Part shown: positions 12,510 to 26,310 of the stretch, piece by piece
How the letters are laid out: the number at the start of each line of letters is the position of its first letter
Numbering within the stretch: position 1 is the stretch's first letter
Assembly (NCBI GenBank): GCA_012295275.1
Contig: CM022673.1
Location: forward strand, 22,072,001 to 22,136,000
Direction: 5' to 3'
Source: Chrysomallon squamiferum
Lineage: Eukaryota > Animalia > Mollusca
Length of the DNA: 64,000 nt
Notes under the pieces: generated by a model
Databases searched by the model: none
The model's input: only the letters and a program-made list of their open reading frames with translations
What the model was told of the DNA's origin: nothing
Translations under genes and position numbers: made by a program

Positions 12510-12919
12510 TACGAGTCTTTTGTGTTAACTATATAATTTAAAATCTTTATTTTATTCTTGTCAAAAGAGTATATAATAATTATTTGATTACATGTAGACT
12601 CACTTCTTAAGAATAAAACAGGCAAAAATTTAGACATGTTTGTGTATGAATAATGAAAACCTTATTAAGACAAAACCCGACTGAATCCCACTCATTCAAA
12701 AGCAAACTTCGACAAAACTCGACTTCACTCATAATAACCACAAGCAAACTAAGTTTTCAGTTTTTTATACATAAAAATATTCAGCATTGTCCATAAACAA
12801 TAGAACCCATCTGGAAATATAATACAAGGATTATATGTTAGATTTGGAAAAAAATGTTATATACTTTTGGATTCTGTTGTTTTTTGTTTGTGTTTGTGTT
12901 TATCTTTCTATATATGTAC

Positions 12920-12951
<32 letters not shown>

Positions 12952-13267
12952 CTGTATATCTCGTGTGTGTGTATACATGTATGGTATACACAGTATACAC
13001 AGTTTAGTTATTTATTATTGTTCTAGATTTTTAAAACATAAACAGGTGAAAAAAAAGAAGAAGAAAAATCGATTTCAAGTATTTGCAGTGTTACTGCTAA
13101 CAGGTTTACTTATGTAACACTTTGTTAGGTTAATGATGCTTTTTCAAAGCCGGTCAAGTAATGCAAGGATTATGTGAATATAATAAAAACCATCAATTTT
13201 GCCCAGAATTATGATTAAAGTTTTTGTCCTGTTGGGCTACGTGCTTGTGTGTGTGTGTGTGTGTGTT

Positions 13268-13314
<47 letters not shown>

Positions 13315-13866
13315 AGTGTTTTGCAAATAATGAAATAAATCATTGCGAGTGGTCAAGTCGGATGAAAATCCGAAACTGAAATTAATGTGTATGGCCTATC
13401 TTTAAAATTTGTTTTCACAGTTAATCAAGCTGTATAACACCTATATGGATATACTGTGTTTTAAAATCTAGTTGTTTTAATAGGCCATGTTCATAAATTA
13501 TTGATAACCTAGGCCAGGTTAGGCAAAAGTATGTAACCATTATATATAAATAACAAATATTTATAAAAATAATGATGTAATGGCATTCATTATTATTGTT
13601 ATTTTTGTTTTGAATTATTTGAAAACGAAATGTTAAAAATAAATGCGTTTATAGTTAAGAATATTATTAATGCGAATAGTACTTACCGCAGATTTTACAA
13701 TGTGTGTGTGTGTATCTCTGTTTCTGTCTGTCTGTCTCTATATCTATCTATCTATATTTCTATGTCTGTCTATATGTATGACTGTCTTTCTGTCTGTCTG
13801 TCTAACTCTGTCTGACTACGCACACGCACACACACATTTGACTATAACTCTCTCTATATATTTCAG

Positions 13867-13954
13867 ACTGCACTGCTGGGATGCGCTGAAGCACAGAGAA
13901 TGTGTGTATCGTTTCTTCACGGAGCACGGAGATGTGGCTCACTGCTGGGAGTAG
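13867..13954 (+). CDS. Secreted Cys-rich peptide, exon 3: RLHCWDALKHRECVYRFFTEHGDVAHCWE*
   Basis: atttcag acceptor, phase 2; double stop TAG TAA; AATAAA at 13994-13999; joined CDS 207 nt, 68 aa, 6 Cys in the mature part. Confidence 0.83.
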
Positions 13955-16281
13955 TAACGTTGACATCACATAGACCAGTGTAAACGGCATCACAATAAAA
14001 CACTTTTTAACTACAGTATGGATTTCTATTTCACTTCTGGGGAAGCGTTTACTCCGAGAATCTGAACTAAAATTTAATGTGACCTTTTAAACTGATATGT
14101 TAGACAAATGTTTCTAGTTTGCCTACGAAAGACTATAGATTAGGGAGAGAGAGAAAAAAAAGGTAATGGTTTTATGTCTGAGCTATTTATATAATGTGGC
14201 CATTATGTGAAATATTACTATACTGTTAAAATTACAAGTGAAGGCTATGTGACGGTAATCGATCAAGCAAAAACGTCATGTCCATGGTAAACATGCCTGA
14301 ACCTTAACTCATTACAGTTAATAATGACCAGTGTTAAATCATACTGTCCACAACGATTTCACTATTTTATTTATCTGAACCACTAATTGTAGTTCGACAA
14401 AAATAATCCATAGCACGATAACGCCAACGAGCTACTTATCCTCTCTTACAAGTGACACAGATTTTGTCTTCTGAAAAACTCAGCCCAGAAAAGATAATTT
14501 GAAAGATAAATAAGTCAGTAGCATAACATGGGATACATTGGTGTTGTTTTAAACGAAATTCCTTTTCTTGTATGTTTTATTATCCAGTCTTAGTATTAAC
14601 TGATACGTGAATTCTAGCAATACATCCTGCCAAAAACTAATTGCATAAGAAAATACATAAATCTTTACATCCCAATACACCTCTTACATTTTCTGTCTTG
14701 CTAATCTAAAATTATTTAAAGAGATAACTGAGCCTAGGCATTTAAAAACAGACAGTCACTTTAGTGACTAGCAAATTACAAACATTCTCAACTATTCTGC
14801 AGTGTTTTCTTCCTGTGGCGTTTCCTGCAGGTAAAAAGGACCATGTTAAGTATCTATCTTGTCGTCTTACACGTTGAACAGAGACATTAACACTTCTTGA
14901 CAGATATCAAAGATATTAACTTTTATTTTTGACCCAAAATCCCGGCGCATCCAAGCATATCAACAAATTTAGTCTCTTGCCATTCATAAGTGCTAATGAA
15001 AATATACTGATTCTTTTCACTGAATGAGAAATTGAAATATTTAAGATGATCTCGTCTGACGACGATGACAAATTACATGTCACTGTTTCTGCAAGACAAG
15101 CTTGGCCGACTTGCAGACGACAAGTCTGATCAGCGCGGCACAAGCAGCAGACGACATGTCTAATCGCATGAAGAGATCACGTGAAGAGTCATCTCCCGCC
15201 TGTTGAACAATGATCTGGATATTACTTTTATGAGAATTCGGAAGAGGGGTCAAGACAACTGACCTTTGCAGAACCAGAATTACTGTTCTTAACGAATTAA
15301 GCTGCTGTCTTTCTGTTTTATCATTATTATTTGGTGAATGGATTTGATTTCATTCGTGTAATAGAATTTTGATAACGTTATATTTTTATATAAAAAAGAG
15401 AGATTACATTGTACTAAAAAAAAAAAAAAAAAAAAAAAAAGAAAAAAAAAGAAGTAACACAGAACATAACAAAACAAAACAAACACAAAAATATACAAAT
15501 AAATAAATTTAAAAAATTAAAGAAGAACAATATAATTAACCTAGCGAACCATAAATAATAATTTACATAAATATAAATGCAGATCATTTGAATGTGTAAT
15601 AGATATTAATAAATATAGTGGAAGACAGAAAAATTAAATGAAAGTAAAAAAAGCAACAAAAAATCACAACTACAACTGAAAGTATTATCTCTTAACAAAT
15701 GGATTCGAGCAAAGAAATTCAATATATTAACATAATCTGTCATTTGCCATTTGAAAGGCGAGATTATTGTCATCCAAAACGCCTAGTCTGATTACAGTGA
15801 CAGTCGTCTTTAAAATCTTCATTAGTAAGATTTATAGCACAAAGCGAGGGATAACAGACTGAAAACATCCGTGAATGATTTGTTTGATAGAAAGAGTTCA
15901 GTTACATAGACAAACGTTAAATGTTTTTAAAAATTATAGCAATGTTTTGTTTCTTCTTATTATTATTTACGCCATGTACAGTTTTAATGAGTGCACAATC
16001 TGTCATAAATCAAAACAAGTTATTAAATATAAATCCAGTAGATCCCTTTATACTTTATCAGTAAAAGACATAATGTGCAAGCAAATGAGAACAAGCCCTT
16101 TTAATTTATAATATAAGATTCAAAAAATATATCTTATCCCAATTTGTTTCATTCACTTTACTATTATTATTCTGATTATTATTCTGACAACGATGATTAT
16201 CATTATTATCATCATCATCATCATCAGCCATCGTCATCAGTATCAACATCATCATGATCGGCATCATCATCATCATCATTA

Positions 16282-16315
<34 letters not shown>

Positions 16316-16785
16316 TTAATGTAGGTGCTTTCATTAATTCCAACAGCAGGAAGCTGGAAGTTGATTACAAAATAACGATTTCATTTCCGACTAACTGCAC
16401 TTAATTGAAATTATTTTAAGGTCATTATTCATGTGAGTACTTGTGATATTTTTTCTTGTCAGCACCTATGTATTATTTCAAAAACAAGATCAAAGCAACA
16501 ACATTTTAAATAGAAAAAACAACAACTGCAATGTACTAAGTAACATCTATTATTAAACATAAAGTATACGTCATGGAAACGGAACAATCTAGCAAAAAAG
16601 CATATAATTAAAATTTGAATATATATGCATGAGCCGCATTTGTATGATTAGAGATATATCTTGTCATTAAAAGTAAATGTTGTAATTAACAAGAATATAG
16701 TCATTGTTGAAAAGTTATGTAGCATTTTTATAAGCACTCACATCCGTATGAACTATTAAATTTGTGATTATGTTTCTAAAGAGCT

Positions 16786-16973
16786 ATATTAATGCCTGTT
16801 AAAAAAGGAACAAGTATCGGAAACGAGTTCGAGGCTCTTTGAAATTAAACGGAATTGTTTTATCACGTTTGTCTAACTGGTTTGAGATAAAGTTTGTTTA
16901 TTCCGCAGTTAAGTATTTAGTTTAATAATAGATGTCACTTAGTACAATATAAGTTTTGTTTCTCGATATTTAC
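16786..16973 (+). repeat. Dispersed repeat, copy 1 (inverted relative to 23729-23876)
   Basis: atattaatgcctgttaaaaaagga...tggtttgagataaagtttgtttattccgca...tctcgatatttac matches the reverse complement of 23729-23876, with a ~30-nt indel. Confidence 0.9.
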
Positions 16974-17056
16974 AAATTCAAAGGACATTATTGCTCGGTA
17001 ATTACTAATTTATATATATATGTACAAACAGATGAGAGATAGATAGATAAACAGAT

Positions 17057-17129
<73 letters not shown>

Positions 17130-17899
17130 AAAAGCAAATAAACAAAGACAAACTCACACAACAAAAAAGGCCAACCCCCTCAAAAAAAAAAAGCCCACAA
17201 GAACACCCATCAGAATTAATTATGAATATGTACCGAAAACGTTAAAAAACCCCAAATAAATCATGTAACAAACAGTCTGATGTTAGGTAATTTGCCAAGG
17301 TCTGTTATTTTTGGTCATTTCTGTGGGTGGTGAGGAGAAAAAAGAAAATCAAATGCTTTAAATCACGATGATCAGTTTATATTATTTGTAATTGTCGTCG
17401 ATTAAATAAGTTTTATGCGAATTTAACAAGATTATTATTTTCCGAAGGATTTTTGAAAAAAGTCCTCTTTTCGTTTGGGACTTAAGCCGCGATAATTGAT
17501 TTGATTCTGCCTTTAGGATAGAGAAATTTCTATCTGATGTCATTGGTTTGTTTTTATTTAGACGGTCCTTTTCTGGACGAGATTTGGTTTGTCAAACGCC
17601 ATATCACCAAGGGATGCTCTTAGAGTTGTAAAAAGTGTATCAGTTTGCATTCTATATAACATTCTATTGATTTATCTTTCCATCTTTTAATTTTTAATTT
17701 TTGTATTATTATTCGTCTTTTTAACTCGTTTTGCCAGTCTGTTTGGTTCACAAAAACACAACAAATTCTCTCTCTCTCTCTCTCTCTCTTCTTTGAATAT
17801 ACTAAATTTTGAAAATGTTCTTACGTAAGAATAAAAATTTTAATTATAATTAAATGCAGTGAAAATCAATAAAATTAATTTTATTATTATAATTATTTT

Positions 17900-17938
<39 letters not shown>

Positions 17939-19002
17939 GAATATAAATATTTTTAATATGATTATAATAATGATATTTATTTATTATCACTTTTATTTTT
18001 TTTTATTATTGTTATATGAAAAGAAAGTACTGACTGAACGCGACTAATGGTTTATCCGTGAAGACGTTGACCAATTTCTCCTCTGTTTCAACACAACAGC
18101 CTCGATATTGACTTCGTAGTGCTCAATATTTGTATAGATACCACGCAGAAAGAAGGCAAGCTCGGGAAAACTTTGTCAACATTATAACGAGACGATGAAA
18201 TGCATAATGTAGATGGTTTGATGATGTTCATGCGTGAGGGTAAACACAATTACTGTTGATGTGGAAAAAGCAAAGATTCAAAAGCACATATTTCGTGTGA
18301 CCTCATTTTGTAGCAGAAGCTATTATTAATTTGCAGTGTTGGTTGTATTTCGATACTGAGTTTTTCATGCAAGTAACAGTTTCTATGAGACAAAACTAAA
18401 TAAAACTGAGATTGAGAAATTTACTCGAAATTGAATAATAAATGTAAAGATTAACATAAAGAAAAAATCTTGATTTAGAAAAGTAAGAATATTTAAAAAA
18501 GCACAAAAAAAACAACAACAAAAAATAAAAAATGTGCTGAATTCAATTTGGATAAAAATTTTAAAAAATGTGTTTCTTTGAGGTTTTAATTATATATCAA
18601 TGTAAAATAAATAAACAAAAAACAAACAAGTAAATAAATAAATAAGTAATAAAAAAAAGGTAAATTAAAAAAAAGAAAAGAAGAAGAAATAAGTAAGAAA
18701 AGAAGTTAAAGTAATAAAATGAGAATATCCCAACAAAAAAAAAAAGAAAAAAAAAAGTCTTTAAGATGCTATTACTCCTCTAAACAAAAACAAACATTAT
18801 TATCTGACCCCACAGCAGGCACTAATGTAACCACGAAGAGAGTTATAATGTTTTTTGTTGGGTTTTTTTGACCGCAAAAGACTCCTCAGCATTTTTTTGA
18901 TGTAATATAGTTTTACAGCAAAGATACATCTATCATGATAAATTTCGAACGCATGCACACACAATACACATACTGAAATATTTATATATTATTTGTGAAT
19001 AA

Positions 19003-19048
<46 letters not shown>

Positions 19049-19751
19049 CAGAATAGCGGTTTTTAATTTGTAATAAATAAAGCACACAGATAAATGATTA
19101 TGGTGAAAGAATTCTTAACTTTTTCTGATTCGATTTTCCTTTTAACTCAGAAAAAAGAAATATAGAAAAAAAGAAAACAAATAATAATGATAAGAAGAGA
19201 ACGTTAAACAAACAAGAGAGAAAAAGAAACGCAGCTGAAGAAAAGAAACTAATCAAAGAAGCTAAAGCTGCAGATGTCACATTTAGTGATCGACAAAGAA
19301 AATATAATGAATGTCGCCAATCACACTTATACCGGATGAAAAAATAATAGCCGGAAAGAAAATCACGTTATTGACAGTTGTGTCGATTTTTAGTTTTTGA
19401 TCAAATGTTTCTTTTCTTAGCACATTTATTATGAACTTTTATTCGAGTTGATTTTGTTTTCTGCTAAATGTGAATTGAAAACATTGGCTAGAAAATATAA
19501 TCAGTTACGAAGGGCGGGCTTTGTTTCTGTGACATGTGTAACGTATTTTCCTTTAAGAGAAATATTTTCGTCAACAGCTAGTGGAAAGTTGTGATGATCA
19601 CAAAAATAATAGAACGAATAAAAAAATAAACAAGCAAATAAACAAACAAAAAATAAATTCGTCAGCTAAGATTATTTCATTTCTTTTCACTATCAAATTT
19701 ATTTATACCTTGATTAGAATTCAACATGTTAGATTCAAATTGATAGCCTAC

Positions 19752-19831
<80 letters not shown>

Positions 19832-20674
19832 CTAAATGAATCTGCGACTGTGTAATTAGTTAATTACTGGTACTTTATCTGTTAACATCAGCTAACTGTC
19901 TAGGAAGCTGTTGAGTGTATTATTTGTCATTTTCTCATGTATTAAAGATTATTTATGTCGCGTTCCATGCAGGCGCCACTTTGTGTGTCCCAAGAGAATG
20001 TATTGGCGATTGTCAGGGCAGCGGCACAAATTACCATTCTGCAGAGTTTAACGTCAAGCGTTAATCTTGTAGTCCAGAGCACCCACTTTAGTGATTATCC
20101 TTATAGCAAGAAAATTTTGTTCGAAGGATAACTTCGAATATGCCGAAACACAGCAGAGTTTTATCTCTACATCTTATTATTAATGAAGGAGATTAACTTT
20201 CCCATAGTTCCACCAAACATGGCCATCAGGTTAACTGCAGTAATAGATAAATTAACAGATTTTCCGTTAGACAGATTAATGGTTAATCCCTTTGTTAAAT
20301 TACCACGTGGCCCGAAACACCTACGTACAATGTATCTGTCTTCTGGCATCCTCCAATAAAATAATCCCGCCTTTTAGCTTAATTGCCGTTTCCCAAAACG
20401 AAGCAAACGATTGGCGCTTACATCAACTGATCCAGGTAAACCATCCAATGAAGGTAAAGACTGTAAAATTGCTGTCTGAAATAAGACTTATAAATTCTGC
20501 AGCTCTCTTGCATTTCATCATTCACTTTTTGAAAGTGCTTTCTTAACATCGGAACATTGGAAAGTAAATTTAGGGACAACGAGGAGAAAATGAACTACAT
20601 TCACATTGTTCAAGCTTTGGCTTTCTGTATTCTTTTCTCCATTCAAGGAATACTGTCAAGAGGTCTATACCAAG

Positions 20675-20760
<86 letters not shown>

Positions 20761-23728
20761 GCTTTTTCCTCTCTTTCTCTCTTTATCTATATTCATAAAT
20801 ATATACTGGTTTTTTCTTTCTGTATATTTTAAATTTTATTTGGGTCACTGTTATAATTTTCTGCAATCAACTCACATACACACAAACACTCACACACATA
20901 CACACACTAACACACACACATATATTAATTTCTTTTTTTTGTCAGCTTTGCTGTTTGTTTGCTTCCTTCTGTCTTTCAGTGTTTTATATGTGTGTGTTTA
21001 TGCAGGTGTATGTATGTATGTATGTATATATTCTTCTTCATCTCTATTAGTCATATTCCTGTCTTATTTGATGTCTCTCTGACTATGTCTCATGTTTTTC
21101 ACAATTTCCTTTTTTAAAGTAGTTATTTACATACTGTTCACAACCATGCTATTGAATTTAAATGAACATGATTAGATATTTCCTGCTTCATATTGAATAC
21201 ATTTTAAATTAAGTAAAATACGATTAAGTAAAATTAATAAATAAAAAGCTCAGATCTTTCTCTATTTATTTATTTATTTATTTCGTTATTATAATTATAG
21301 TAAATTACATTTTTAAGAATTTATAACGATTGCAGGACTATGTCTAATCCTGTTTTCATGGTCTGTATCACACATGCACACACGTATGCAAGCACTAACA
21401 GTATCATACATTAAATGTAACAAATATACAAAACTGAAATAATTTTGTATTAATCAAGAAGGTATTTCGTAAAGAAATTATGGAGACATAGTTACATATA
21501 GCCTATGCGTACTGGATAAGCAGGGCATTAGGAGAGAAAGTAAATATATTACGTTAGGCTTTATAAATAAAAGTATATTAAAATAGGTCAGATTGGAATC
21601 AATTACATATTTCCAAATGTTAACGGTTTGAGAGCAAGTTGAATGAACTAGTAAGTTCAAAATAGAATGATGTGGACCCTTTGAAAGTTTAGTAAATTCG
21701 GTTAGCGTAGATTTCATAACGTGTTATAAAAGGAATTTGCAACTTACTACATTTATTAATTGCTATTAATTTAGGACTACTTACATTGGAATAGTTTGGC
21801 AAGAGATGGAAAAGGGATAGGATAAAATAAGTAATTTAGATTTGCTTACAATAGAACAGAAAAGTAGAATTAGAATTGTTAATGTATCTGACTTCTTGCA
21901 TCCTTCGGTAATATGCCTAGTATTAAGTTAGCCTAGCTTACATTAGAATAATTTAACATAAAAAAAGAGAGTGGAAACAAATCAGCTTGGTTTAATAAGA
22001 TTTTAATCAATTTGGAATCTGGTTATTTTCTCAAGCAGTGAATACTAGGTATATAATAATGTCCGAAATGTCGCGGCTGAATTTTGATTGAGGCAGCTAA
22101 TCGTGGCATTGATGACTTTATGCTGCTTAAAACAACATTAGATTAACGTTCGTAGATGTATCTGCATCTGCACTTTTGTTAAAATTTTAATAGGGAAATA
22201 AAAGAAGAAAACTATTTTGAGTATGAATGTCTTGTTATTGTTAACCTTTGCTGTCACGAGCGAAACTTAAACGCCTGAAAATATTCATCTTCGGATAGTA
22301 CCGAACTAGTTGAGGATTTCTGTGCATTGTTCAACTAACAGAGGGTTGGGAAACTGTCTCAGATGTAGCAATACCTACTAATGTTCACTTGTGGTGGACC
22401 CCTTATTTCTAGCTAGCAACCAGAAGAAGGATGCCATCTTTAATCCCGTCGATTTAGACATTTCTGAAATAAGAACAGAAACCAGACGCGTTTTGTCACA
22501 CACCTATTTCCTTCTCTTGTAGTCTTATAAACAAAATGTCGGCTTTTGTTCCGACTTTTTTTCTACATCTAATTTAGAATGCTTGCTTTGTTGGTCTGTC
22601 AGAAATAAGCTTTTTGTACTGACTAGAATACAGTCTAAGAACACATAGAAATAATTGTTTATTAGAGTTCGGTTTATCAAGCAGCATTCATTTCCAAAAT
22701 CATTCATTTTTGCAATATGGTTGGATATTAAGAGATAACCGAATTAACATTTTTTGTTGTTACGTTATTATTTTTATTATTACTATTACTGCTGTTGTTG
22801 TGTTGTTGCTGTTGTTGCTAATACATGTGTATACCAACGTACACATTTTCAGAGAGAGAGACTGTGTTTCATGTGGGCGTGAGCGCGCTTTTATATCTAT
22901 ATATAAACTGTATAAATATTTTTTGATACAGTTAAACTTTATTCTGAAGCATTTATTCTTCTTTGTTTCTCCTATCATTTTTCATGTGGTAAAAATATCT
23001 TTTTACAAAAGTAAATTAACAGTTATGTTTAGTTGTCTTTCTGCACTAGAAAGTTCACTTGACAGTATTGCTTTAACATATACTTTCGTAATAAGCAAAC
23101 ATGTGACTCTTTGGTTTTATTTTTGGTACAGAAATGCTTTATAATTAATGGAAACAGATAAAATATCATCTACATAAGAGGAAATCATTCATATACTGAT
23201 ATATATATATACAAGATGGCAATAAAGTCACTAACAGTTACTTACAATAACAATAAAGACAAAGCAATTAATCAACAGTCCAGAAATTTATTATTAAAAT
23301 GGTTCTGGTTAATTCTGGTTAATAACAATAAAATACTATGGTAAAAATAGTAAATTAATTACCAATACTGTTCGAAATGCAACCCACTTTTTTTTTTATA
23401 TAAGTAACTATATAGTAACTTTATTGCCACACACTTTTATATATATATATATAGACACTCACATGTGTAGGTATGTTTTGAATTATTATTATATTTCTAT
23501 TATTAATGTAAATTTTATGAAGTGTTTTGCACATTGTCACTAATAATTAGGCAGCTGTTTATAACACCAGGCTCTGTTTCGTCTTTAATTTTGTTGTGAT
23601 TTTAACTTATATGAATAATGCCTTAAACTAGCAGATCAAAATGATCAGGGCGCATCTTTTCCTTCGCACCGTTTTGATAAAACCCTTTACATCTTTCTTC
23701 ATATAAAGCAATATCATCTATTAAATTG

Positions 23729-23876
23729 GTAAATATCGAGAGAAACAAAAATTGTACTATGTATTATTAAACTAAATACTTAAGTGCGGAATAAACAAAC
23801 TTTATCTCAAACCAGATAGATAAACGTGATAAAACTCGTTTCCGGTACTTATTCCTTTTTTAACAGGCATTAATAT
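23729..23876 (-). repeat. Dispersed repeat, copy 2
   Basis: Reverse complement of 16786-16973. Confidence 0.9.
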
Positions 23877-24415
23877 GGCGCTCTCGATACTGTTTTAGTC
23901 ATACCTTCTTTTCAAGCATTCATGTTTGAAATATGTTACGTATTTTAATTTAGAGAAACAATATGCTTGAAGGCTGCTTTATTTAAAGAGATTTCATCAC
24001 AACTTCATTTTATAGGCAAATAACCTGTTCATAGGAAGCAGTAATAGGGAGGACGGCCTGCGTTATTAAATAAGTTTAGTTAATAGCTGAGTTTTGTGTG
24101 CTAGGCGCCTCAACAGAGATTCTGTAAACTTGCATGGCTCTTGGGTATAGACAAACGAAAAGGAAGGCTAATAAAATTATATATAGATATTATTATATTA
24201 TTTCAATGATGTCTATAGCCTTCTATGAAAGCTAGCCCAAGTCTGAAGAGCAGCTCTTACCTCGTTATCAACTATTTAACTCAAAGATACCTGTACTTTT
24301 AGTAATAATAAACACCAAGTCTACTATTTATATCAGTTATTTACAAATATGATGTTTTATATGTTTTAAGAACTTTTCACATAGATAATATGTGTATGTA
24401 TGTATGTATGTAATG

Positions 24416-24448
<33 letters not shown>

Positions 24449-25112
24449 GTGAACATATAGGTGAGTAGGTAGGCGCCCATGTAAAAAATAAAACATAAAT
24501 AAAAAAAGAACTGAAAAAAAGTAAGAAAATAAAAATTTCAGAAAAAAAAGGTAAAAAAAAAAAAAATCGAAAAATAAGAAAAACATGTTAAAGAAAAATC
24601 CATGCCAATAACAACATTACGGAAGTTAGTTTAACCAGTTTTTAGTGGAATCTTTCACTGGTTCGACTTTGATAGCTGGAAAAAACTGTTGTTGCATGTA
24701 TCTTCGGGCCATTTCGTAAAACGACTTTTGTGCCCCTTGAAAAGAAAGAATAACTTGATGCCGTCAGACGGAAAGATAAAGAGAAATGAATTAGTGGATG
24801 AAATTCCCTGCCCAGTATTGATACAACTTACAGAGGCCGTGTAACAAATGGTTAATTCAGAAACTGTTTTCATTTCATTGGAAGGTGATGTCGCTGCTGC
24901 GGATGACGCTGACTGTAAAGACAGTTTATTATCCAATCCATGTGTGCTATAATTGTTATTGATGAAGTATGCAATCCATCAACGTGTATTGAAATAAAAC
25001 ATTTGGCTGCCTGCTGGTTAATTAAGATTCTAAAAAAAAATCATTTTTCTTACTGTAAAGTATTTAATAATTTGGTGACGATTGTTTTGTGTTTTCTTCT
25101 TCTCTCTGTCTT

Positions 25113-25201
<89 letters not shown>

Positions 25202-25262
25202 CTCTATTATCTTCCTGTCTCTCACATACACACATACACACATTGCTTCCTTTCTGTCCTAT

Positions 25263-25304
<42 letters not shown>

Positions 25305-26166
25305 TTTCTCTCTTTCTCTTTCTGTTCTCCAATATTCTGAATCTCTATGTTACGTCTGCCTCTCACTCTGTCTCTTCTCTATCCTCTTTGACAGTTGTCA
25401 CTGAAAAACAAGACCAAAAGAATCTGAATACTATTATATCGAGGTCTCAGTTTACCGTTCCTACAACAGGATTCAAACAGGTTTAATTAATAATCTGTTA
25501 GTGAAAAATAAATTTGTTTTTGAACAGATATGCAACAATGTTTTTCTGTCAAAAACAATTTCAAAATATTACAGTCGTCAATCTCCTGCATTATCTAATT
25601 ATAAGTGAGTGGATGTTCTGTGTAATATTAACCTAGAATACAAAGAGCTAATTAGGTTTTGTCAAAGTAGAATATTAATAACATAACGTGCTGAAATGAT
25701 CTAATTTGACAGCGGTAGTAATCGATAAGTAGAACCTTTGGTATCGATAAATTAAACTCATAGACTCATTTGGGGAAATGATTAGAACACATACCATGAT
25801 CTGTTAAAGAATATGTTAATTTTCATATTATAAATTGTTTTGTAAAAATTTATTAAATGAAGGTTACTCAACAGAGGCAAATATACACACAAAGATACAT
25901 TTCTTTTTTTTAACTCGCGAATGTTCGGCCGAATACTTATACTTATTCTAAGAATGAGAAAATCAATTACAATTAGAACCGTAGGAGTGAAATTAGAGTT
26001 GTTGTGTGGAATACTGTTTTTAATTGAAAGTGGCCTCAGAACATTTAGACCAAATGAGGATCTGCATAATCAGAAATAATTTGACTATGACGGAGTGCCG
26101 GAAAATTTTACTTTACAGAACTTCTACTGGTTTATTTCAAAGTGCTATATATTTTACTCTATGGTT

Positions 26167-26310
26167 GTATGTATGTATGTATGTATGTATGTATGTATGT
26201 ATGTATGTATGTATGTATGTATGTATGTATGTATGTATGTATGTATGTATGTATGTATGTATGTATGTATGTATGTATGTATGTATGTATGTATGTATGT
26301 ATGTATGTAT
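26167..26310. repeat. (GTAT)n tetranucleotide microsatellite with a degenerate extension to about 26515
   Basis: Direct reading. Confidence 0.98.

Noticed and set aside
19151-19347. About 65-codon Lys/Glu-rich open frame after a ctcag acceptor
   Set aside because: A-rich, T-poor sequence lacks stops by composition; no partner exon or recognisable domain.
19973-20064. Phase-1 reading ATLCVPRECIGDCQGSG... after ccatgcag
   Set aside because: Odd Cys count, mediocre acceptor and no supporting structure; likely a non-coding GC island.
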